A stretch of DNA of 7,120 nucleotides from Verrucomicrobiota bacterium. GTDB taxonomy: Bacteria > Verrucomicrobiota > Verrucomicrobiia > Chthoniobacterales > UBA6821. The position numbers and the translations under genes were made by a program. Each line of letters starts with the position of its first letter. Position 1 is the first letter of the stretch. This document shows, one piece after another, positions 1 through 5,433 of the stretch. The DNA is taken from the NCBI GenBank assembly GCA_008932965.1, contig WBXG01000072.1, positions 1-7,120 on the forward strand, read 5' to 3'. A model generated the notes under the pieces. That model searched no databases, was not told the DNA's origin, and worked only from the letters and a program-made list of their open reading frames with translations.

Positions 1-118
1 AGAGCTTCTCCGTGACCCTGGCTATGTTGAAGCAGTTTTAAGAGAAGGTGCCCTCAAAGCTAATGCAATTGCAGATCAGGTGCTCCAAAGGGTTCGTAAA
101 GCAGTTGGGTTGCGGTAA
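1..118 (+). CDS. trpS: 3' end of tryptophan--tRNA ligase (TrpRS), 5'-truncated by the window edge
   Basis: The frame starting at nt 2 reads ELLRDPGYVEAVLREGALKANAIADQVLQRVRKAVGLR, followed by TAA at 116-118. The L..EGA.KA...A.....V....G pattern matches my recollection of the C-terminal helix of bacterial TrpRS. Only 38 codons are visible, so the family call rests on that recalled motif. Confidence 0.6.
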   Translation, partial: ELLRDPGYVEAVLREGALKANAIADQVLQRVRKAVGLR

Positions 119-147
119 AATAAAATCATTATTTAAAGTGATTTCAC

Positions 148-176
148 TTGCAGCTCCGTGGAGCAGCGCATAGACT
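148..176 (+). promoter_or_regulatory. Candidate sigma70-type promoter for the tRNA gene
   Basis: TTGCAG (148-153), a 17-nt spacer, then TAGACT (171-176). This would place the transcription start about 8-14 nt before the mature tRNA 5' end at 191. It is a motif match only. Confidence 0.35.
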
Positions 177-190
177 CTTCACCCTATTGA

Positions 191-267
<77 letters not shown>

Positions 268-286
268 ATAAACTCTTTCCCCTTCT

Positions 287-316
287 CTCATTGCATCCTT
301 CAATGAGTTCTCTTGC
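287..316 (+). terminator. Weak candidate intrinsic terminator downstream of the tRNA
   Basis: A 7-bp stem, ctcattg (287-293) with caatgag (301-307), encloses a 7-nt loop and is followed by ttctcttgc. The stem is AT-rich and the T tract is interrupted, so this is weak. Confidence 0.25.
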
Positions 317-332
317 ACCCTAGAGTTTCTTA

Positions 333-1289
333 TTACTCACTATCTGTAATATGCCCGGAGTTATTTAAAGACCATCTGTAGACTCCTCTCTCTTGATTTT
401 TAATGAGTTTTTTGAATAAACTTGGATTATCCCGTTTTTGCAATAAACGTTCGCAGAGTCCTCCAGTACTGCAGCAAAAAAGTTTTCCATGGCCTTTTAA
501 TGCACGTGGATTGCCGATAAGACGCTCCCCATTGGATTGGGATGAAGTTTTTCTTTTTTTAGAAAAAGCGAGATAGCTGTAGGGGAGGCTTCGCAAATCG
601 ATACCAAGTTCGCGTGAGGCTTCGTGCCAAAATGCAGATTGAAAAATCGCTGTTGGAGGCTGTGCAAAAAAATGACACCAGTCCTGCTCTTGTTTTTCTT
701 GAAACATGGGGCATGCATGTTCATGAGTACAAGGAGCGATGAGGTGATAGCCAGCCTCTAAAAAAATCTTCCGCATGCTTCCTAATTTTCGGCTCAGTTC
801 ATGGGAGCCTGGCTCAACCCATATTATCTCTTCGGCACTGGTTGCATAGCAGGCAAGTTCTAATAATTCTTTGTCGTTAAGTTCACTCACCACATGGCTA
901 ATGAGGAGCAGGCTTGGAACTTTATTTTTTTCAGAAAAAATGGAGATAGTGCACTGGAGCTCTTCTTGAAGTTTTTTTTGAGCAAAGGCGGTTGCAAGAG
1001 GTGATTGATCAAAACAGGCCACTTGTGAAATGCCACTCCAGGGAGCTACGGTCCGTGATGCAATGCCTGTGCCACAGCCCCAATCAAGGATCTGCTCAGC
1101 TGAAGAAAGCCAACCTATTTTTGATAAATCCTCAAGAACCGCATTCCATTTCCAACCGATACGAGCTGCATAAATAGAATCGTATAACTCTAAATCGCGA
1201 TGACTGTGCCAATAATTCTTAGCATTATTTTTTAAAAATCCTTCGCGTAATGCTCGCAAGCGATTCCAATCATCGGTATTTAATTTCAT
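333..1289 (-). CDS. SAM-dependent methyltransferase, Rsm22-like family
   Basis: This is the 318-aa ORF. It has the class-I SAM-binding motif ILDWGCGTG and a downstream acidic loop, CFDQS. It also has the Cys/His cluster APCTHEHACPM...DWCHF that I associate with bacterial Rsm22 (PF09243-type) proteins. The ATG is at 1289-1287. Confidence 0.8.
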   Translation of the reverse strand: MKLNTDDWNRLRALREGFLKNNAKNYWHSHRDLELYDSIYAARIGWKWNAVLEDLSKIGWLSSAEQILDWGCGTGIASRTVAPWSGISQVACFDQSPLATAFAQKKLQEELQCTISIFSEKNKVPSLLLISHVVSELNDKELLELACYATSAEEIIWVEPGSHELSRKLGSMRKIFLEAGYHLIAPCTHEHACPMFQEKQEQDWCHFFAQPPTAIFQSAFWHEASRELGIDLRSLPYSYLAFSKKRKTSSQSNGERLIGNPRALKGHGKLFCCSTGGLCERLLQKRDNPSLFKKLIKNQERGVYRWSLNNSGHITDSE

Positions 1290-1309
1290 TTAATAGTTTA
1301 TATCTAGAC

Positions 1310-1491
1310 TAGCCTGGATCTTTCATACTAATCTACTGCGAAAGCTGGAAAGCCAGATGAACACTGCGTTAGAATCATATTCTTACTTCGACAGTAAGAA
1401 CGCATACAGCCCGGCTTCAAAACATTCGCCTGTGTTGCCCTATTACTTTTCGCGGCTTCCTCGTTACGATCACTATGAAATATTCGAATTA
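1310..1491 (+). repeat. Palindromic intergenic element, copy C (long form, decayed)
   Basis: The left end tagcctggatctttcatactaat (1310-1332) and the right end atcactatgaaatattcgaatta (1469-1491) are degenerate versions of the unit seen at 2840-2862 and its reverse complement. The interior core cagatgaacactgcgttag (1354-1372) matches 2884-2902 at 15/19. The tail cctcgttacgatcactatgaaatattcg (1459-1486) matches the reverse complement of 4173-4200 at 26/28. Confidence 0.8.
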
Positions 1492-1512
1492 GAATAGGAA
1501 CAGACTCAACTC

Positions 1513-2823
1513 ATGATAAACAAAGAACCTTTATTTTCCCTAGAGAATGCTGATTTAAATACCCTCCTGATGCCTTCATGGGTTAAGGAGAGCTCCCAGA
1601 TTCCTCGTTCTTATCAAGATAAGGAGAGTCCAAAAAAATATGGAGATGAAAAATCAAAATATATCCCACGAGATCGTCGGAACGATGGTAGAAAGAATCG
1701 CTCATTTGTTACAAAAAAAGAAGTCGCAAGCACCCAACCTTCCCCCTCTGAACTATTTCATGGCTGGAAAATCGAATTTCTTCCAGAGCAACGCGGTCTT
1801 GATGAAATAGCCAAACAGATTAAATCAGAAGCTAAAGCATATCCACTTTTTGAGCTTGCTAGACTCATTCTTCAAAAACCAGAGCGCTACTCTTTGCGTG
1901 TTTTAAAACTACCCTCAGCAGCAAAAAATGCTTCCAAGATTTATCAATGTCTTTTAGATGAGGGGCTTTGGCTAAGCGAGAAAGAGCTTATTGCACACGT
2001 TTTAAAAAATTATCGTGACCGCTATTATCAAGTAGAAAAGATCGAGGTTGAGCCACCCAAAGGATCATATACCTCACTTGCTGTTTGTGGGATGAGTCAA
2101 ACAATTCTTGGACCCTCTAATCATCACGAGTACCAGGCAAAAGTACGTCAACTTCACTCAGAGCGTTTTTCGCATCTTCCCTTCGAAGTTTTCAAGAGCC
2201 GTATTACTATGATTCGTGATGAAGCGATGATAGAGCAGTGGAAAAAAGATCAAAGTTTGCAGGAAATATTTACTCCATGCGCTCCACTAGAGGGCGGAGA
2301 AGTAGAAAAATTATCTGGTGTTGCTCAACTAGAAGACCATTTTAAAAAAGAATATGCATCTACCGTCATTAATGAAATCACTGAAGAGGTCTTTCTACCA
2401 GCAGCTGCTGGAACAAATCTCTCGAATTCATCGATCAAGCAAGCCCTGGAGCAAACACTAGAGGAATTAAGACGCTTTCCTCTTCCTCTTTCTCATTTAT
2501 TAGGCCAAGAGCTCACTCATCGTGGATTGCAGATTTTTAAGGCACATGAAAATATTGTTTATGTATCCGTAGCTCGTCCACGGTCCTTGAATCAAGAGAC
2601 TCCACTCTCTCCATCACTCATGGCATTTATCAACACTCTAGAGTCTCATCAAAAAAGTCCTCGTGCAGAGCAATGGCAGGCCCTGCTCTCCTCACGTCCT
2701 AAAAAGACCGATGAAACGGATGAGGAGCATGAATCTGCTATTGCAAAAGACCTCTCCTGGTTGATCCATGAAGGATATATCATGAACTATGCGCTTCGCG
2801 GATTTGCGGTTGCTAAACGGTAA
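1513..2823 (+). CDS. Hypothetical protein, 436 aa, function unknown
   Basis: This long uninterrupted ORF has no competing long ORF on either strand. The N-terminal ~80 aa are K/R/D/S-rich (PRDRRNDGRKNRSF) and look disordered and basic. The rest is mixed-charge and probably helical. I see no P-loop, HExxH, DEAD, SAM or other catalytic motif. There is a weak AGGA at 1496-1499, 13 nt before the ATG. Confidence 0.7.
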   Translation: MINKEPLFSLENADLNTLLMPSWVKESSQIPRSYQDKESPKKYGDEKSKYIPRDRRNDGRKNRSFVTKKEVASTQPSPSELFHGWKIEFLPEQRGLDEIAKQIKSEAKAYPLFELARLILQKPERYSLRVLKLPSAAKNASKIYQCLLDEGLWLSEKELIAHVLKNYRDRYYQVEKIEVEPPKGSYTSLAVCGMSQTILGPSNHHEYQAKVRQLHSERFSHLPFEVFKSRITMIRDEAMIEQWKKDQSLQEIFTPCAPLEGGEVEKLSGVAQLEDHFKKEYASTVINEITEEVFLPAAAGTNLSNSSIKQALEQTLEELRRFPLPLSHLLGQELTHRGLQIFKAHENIVYVSVARPRSLNQETPLSPSLMAFINTLESHQKSPRAEQWQALLSSRPKKTDETDEEHESAIAKDLSWLIHEGYIMNYALRGFAVAKR

Positions 2824-2839
2824 TAACGCTCCGCCTCTC

Positions 2840-2969
2840 TAGCCCGCATATTTCATACTGATTCTGCTGCGGCTTGCAAACACCTGATGGATACTGCGTC
2901 AGTCTCGAATTGCTCCTCGGGCAGTATGAAATATGCGGGCTAGGTGATCAGTATGAAATATCCGGGCTA
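2840..2969 (+). repeat. Palindromic intergenic element, copy A (short form, best preserved)
   Basis: tagcccgcatatttcatactg (2840-2860) is perfectly reverse-complementary to 2922-2942 (21/21), with a 61-nt loop. A third unit at 2947-2969 matches the reverse complement of 2840-2862 at 22/23. The element lies between the convergent stops at 2823 and 2979. Confidence 0.9.
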
Positions 2970-2978
2970 ATGAGTTTT

Positions 2979-4142
2979 TCACGGCACCTCTTTCTTTCGA
3001 TGGAATAATTGATTCGTTATTTGATTGAGTTGGCTTACCCAAAAGCGATTAAAAAACAGAAGAGGAAGTGCTGCAAAAGGTGTTGCTAGAAGTGATACAG
3101 CAATGGCTGAGGCTCTCCCATAATGAAGATAGACAAGGCATCCCAACGAGCAGATGACCACAATATGAATTAGGTAAATAGGAAATGAAAACTCTCCAAG
3201 CCATTTCCAAAAAGATCCTGAAAGGAAATGATGCCATGCAGGAACAACTTCGATCAGTCCAATAAGAAGGGCTGCCCCGAAAATATAAAAATAGGTGGTC
3301 ATTTTTTGGGAAGGATCAATCCAGTTTATAGGCTGATAAATTCCTATTCTTTTGGAGGAGGTTCCTAGCAAATAGAGAGCCATTAAGAGTAGCAGTATGG
3401 TAATGAAATTTACCGAAAAGCCTTTATTGCGGGGTAAGAGAGCAGCCATCGCTACACCCACAGGAAAAGCTACAAGATCGGGTTTTGTAAAATGGGCAAT
3501 GAGAATAATGCATCCCGTCAAAAATAAAACAGCGGAGGTAGAGATCTTCTTGGCCTCCCATATCATTGGAGCCATTCCAAAAACCACAAAACTCCCAATG
3601 AGCTCTAGCTGCATTGTCCAGAGACTGCTGTTATAAAAAGAATCACCTCGAAAAAAAGTAAAAAAAGAACCTTGTAGTAAGGCACCGCAGAAGCTTATTG
3701 GGAAAGGGGTTTCGGCATTCCAAACAAATTTTGCTAGGAATGGAGTATTGGCTATGGGTCCCGCCTTTTGAAAAAAATACCATCCGAATTTAAAAAATAG
3801 ATAAGAAATGAGCACGGTAAGAAGTACTGGTCCCATCAGGCGAGGCCATCGTTTGAGCGCCCCCCGTGCCAGCAGTTTTGTATCTCCAGATAGAAAATAA
3901 CGTCGGGTTAAAATATATCCCGAGAGAACAAAAAAAAGGGAGACTGCAGCTGTACCATTGATCAAAAAAAAGAAAGGAGATCCTTGCCACGAACTAATTC
4001 CATCATGTTTTGTAACTACCCCCACATATTCGGGAAGGAAACCTAGACAGCAGTGCCATAGCAGAACAGAGAGTGCAGCAATTCCTCGTATCGCTTCGAG
4101 AGCGATATCTTTTTTCTTTTCGTGAGTGGAAGATGAAGTCAT
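2979..4142 (-). CDS. Membrane acyltransferase, family 3 (OafA/YrhL-like O-acyltransferase)
   Basis: The N-terminal signature LEAIRGIAALSVLLWHC matches acyltransferase-3 (PF01757-type) proteins, and it is followed by roughly 10 hydrophobic segments. I place the start at ATG 4142-4140 (MTSSSTHEKKK...), which gives 388 aa. The 62 extra N-terminal codons of the 449-aa ORF-track model (to 4328) run through repeat copy B and look like read-through of non-coding sequence. Confidence 0.8.
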   Translation of the reverse strand: MTSSSTHEKKKDIALEAIRGIAALSVLLWHCCLGFLPEYVGVVTKHDGISSWQGSPFFFLINGTAAVSLFFVLSGYILTRRYFLSGDTKLLARGALKRWPRLMGPVLLTVLISYLFFKFGWYFFQKAGPIANTPFLAKFVWNAETPFPISFCGALLQGSFFTFFRGDSFYNSSLWTMQLELIGSFVVFGMAPMIWEAKKISTSAVLFLTGCIILIAHFTKPDLVAFPVGVAMAALLPRNKGFSVNFITILLLLMALYLLGTSSKRIGIYQPINWIDPSQKMTTYFYIFGAALLIGLIEVVPAWHHFLSGSFWKWLGEFSFPIYLIHIVVICSLGCLVYLHYGRASAIAVSLLATPFAALPLLFFNRFWVSQLNQITNQLFHRKKEVP

Positions 4143-4167
4143 TTTCAGATTTTGATGTGAATGGAGA

Positions 4168-4356
4168 TAGCCCGAATATTTCATACTGATCATAACGAGG
4201 GGTTTTAAGCAAAGCTCATTGTTATTGTGTTGCTCTCGAATTATGTTTGGGGCAATAGGGACATCATACTGCCCGAGTAAGACTTCGAGCTTGGGCGCAG
4301 CATCTATCAGCCTTCGTGACCACCTCATGACACTTCAGTATGAAATATTCGGGTTA
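4168..4356 (-). repeat. Palindromic intergenic element, copy B (long form, inverted relative to copy A)
   Basis: tagcccgaatatttcatactgat (4168-4190) pairs with 4335-4356 at 21/22. The reverse complement of the interior aligns collinearly with copy A. Specifically, the rc of 4291-4310 (ctgatagatgctgcgcccaa) matches 2884-2902 at 14/19, and the rc of 4264-4277 (ctcgggcagtatga) is identical to 2916-2929. The terminal TTA at 4354-4356 is also the TAA stop of the recombinase gene. Confidence 0.9.
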
Positions 4357-5268
4357 AGCCCTAGGATGAGCCTCTTGGTAGGCTTGCTTTAAACGCTCGG
4401 TAGTAACATGCGTATAGATTTGAGTGGTGGTAAGACTTGCATGACCTAGGAGTGATTGAACGCTACGTAGATCAGCTCCGCGGTCTAAAAGATGGGTCGC
4501 AAAGGAATGTCGCAGGGCGTGAGGACTCAAGGTTGTAGGAAGGCCGGCCTCGCGCAGATATTTTTTGAGCATTTGCCATATGGCTGTAGCACTTAATCTT
4601 CTTCTGCTTTTGTTTATAAATAGGGGGCCCTGATTTATTTTTGCTAAGTGACGATAATGTTCCATGGCCTTGATGGCAAGAGAACCAACTGGAACAATTC
4701 GTTCACGAGAACCTTTTCCAACAACACGCACCGTCTCCTCAAGCATATGAAGGTCCCCAACATGGAGTCCTACCAGTTCAGATAAACGTAGTCCTGAGGA
4801 ATAAAAAAGCTCAAGGATCGCTGTATCTCGAGCTCCCATCCATAGAGGAGCTTGTTTCGTTTTTGTCTTTTTTGTGGGGTGTTCTAAAAGTTCTGTCACT
4901 TGAGGGAGGGTGAGGAAATGAGGGAGGGATTTTTCTAATTTAGGAAGACTGACCTGCTTGAGAACATTGCTCGAAAGATGCTGTTGTTCGGTCAAATAAT
5001 TAAAAAAGCTGCGCAATGCTGCGAAACGAAGACGAATCGTTGCTCGTGAAGATTTTTTTTTCATCAGCTCCAGAAGATAGGAACGAAAATCATCCGCAGT
5101 TGCTGCATTCCATGGAAGAACTGGTTTGAAAGAGCGAAAATCTGCGAGCGCCTGTTGATAAGCCCGAAGTGTCTGCGGGGAGTAGTTGCGATCACGTTCT
5201 AAAAAGTTAAAAAAACTAAGAGCGATGAAATCTTCTTGAGAGGGAGTAGGACTTGTCTCTTCTAGCAT
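4354..5268 (-). CDS. xerC: Tyrosine site-specific recombinase, XerC/XerD family
   Basis: This 304-aa ORF has an N-terminal core-binding motif (SPQTLRAYQQAL, LRSFFNYL). The catalytic residues lie in ARDTAILELFYSSGLRLSELVGL (R), GKGSRERIVPVG (K), HALRHSFATHLL (H-x-x-R) and LLGHASLTTTQIYTHV (H, Y). The C-terminus ends in HPRA, as in E. coli XerC and XerD. RHSFATH is more XerC-like, but XerC and XerD cannot be separated with certainty here. The length and the short GKG-to-HxLRH spacing argue against an integron integrase. Confidence 0.85.
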   Translation of the reverse strand: MLEETSPTPSQEDFIALSFFNFLERDRNYSPQTLRAYQQALADFRSFKPVLPWNAATADDFRSYLLELMKKKSSRATIRLRFAALRSFFNYLTEQQHLSSNVLKQVSLPKLEKSLPHFLTLPQVTELLEHPTKKTKTKQAPLWMGARDTAILELFYSSGLRLSELVGLHVGDLHMLEETVRVVGKGSRERIVPVGSLAIKAMEHYRHLAKINQGPLFINKSRRRLSATAIWQMLKKYLREAGLPTTLSPHALRHSFATHLLDRGADLRSVQSLLGHASLTTTQIYTHVTTERLKQAYQEAHPRA

Positions 5269-5390
5269 ATTTTTTTAGTGAAGATTTTTTTTCAAGCTAA
5301 GATACTAGTCGCCACCATGAGACCAATCGCTGCATCAAATCAAGCAAAGAGTTTTTCTAAAAAGAGCCCCTCTTCGCAATGCAATTCTAG

Positions 5391-5399
5391 TGATAAAAT
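5391..5399 (+). promoter_or_regulatory. Candidate extended -10 promoter element for the glycosyltransferase gene
   Basis: TGaTAAAAT at 5391-5399 fits the extended -10 pattern TGnTAtAAT. A weak TTCGCA lies at 5373-5378 with only a 15-nt spacer. A start near 5406 would leave about a 28-nt leader before ATG 5434. It is a motif match only. Confidence 0.3.
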
Positions 5400-5433
5400 T
5401 CCGTTAGCTCATTTACAGAAAAGAATTAAACTT

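Noticed and set aside
123-144. The hairpin aaatca / tgattt with a 10-nt loop after the trpS stop could be a terminator.
   Set aside because: The 6-bp stem is almost entirely A:T, the loop is long, and no T tract follows. It is not credible as an intrinsic terminator.
2922-2969. Two direct copies of cagtatgaaatatNcgggct, 27 nt apart, could be mistaken for a mini CRISPR array.
   Set aside because: There are only two direct units, with a 7-nt gap instead of a spacer of about 30 nt. They form part of a larger inverted-repeat element, and no cas genes are present.
2927-2969. Every reverse-oriented repeat unit contains a five-codon mini-ORF, ATG AAA TAT NCG GGY TAR (MKY-A/P/S-G-stop). It appears at 2927-2944, 2953-2970, 4341-4358 and 1475-1492, and on the opposite strand of the forward units.
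   Set aside because: No Shine-Dalgarno sequence precedes any copy. The variable base changes the fourth amino acid. The stop is just the TA-ending palindrome terminus, and copy C encodes MKYSN. The pattern is most simply a by-product of the palindrome sequence.
4186-4211. The dif-like pattern TGATCATAA-CGAGGG-GTTTTAAGCAA lies next to the recombinase gene.
   Set aside because: Only the CATAA of the left arm fits. The right arm does not resemble the TTATGTTAAAT-type XerD arm. The segment is part of repeat copy B.
1310-5268. Integron-like reading: a tyrosine recombinase plus an array of single genes separated by imperfect palindromes that could be attC-like.
   Set aside because: The recombinase is 304 aa and lacks the extra IntI-specific insertion between the GKG and HxLRH motifs. 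Its 3' end, not its 5' end, faces the array. The repeat ends do not carry the RYYYAAC/GTTRRRY core sites; the single GTTAAGC at 4353-4359 is one occurrence spanning the xerC stop. The flanked genes are also in mixed orientation.
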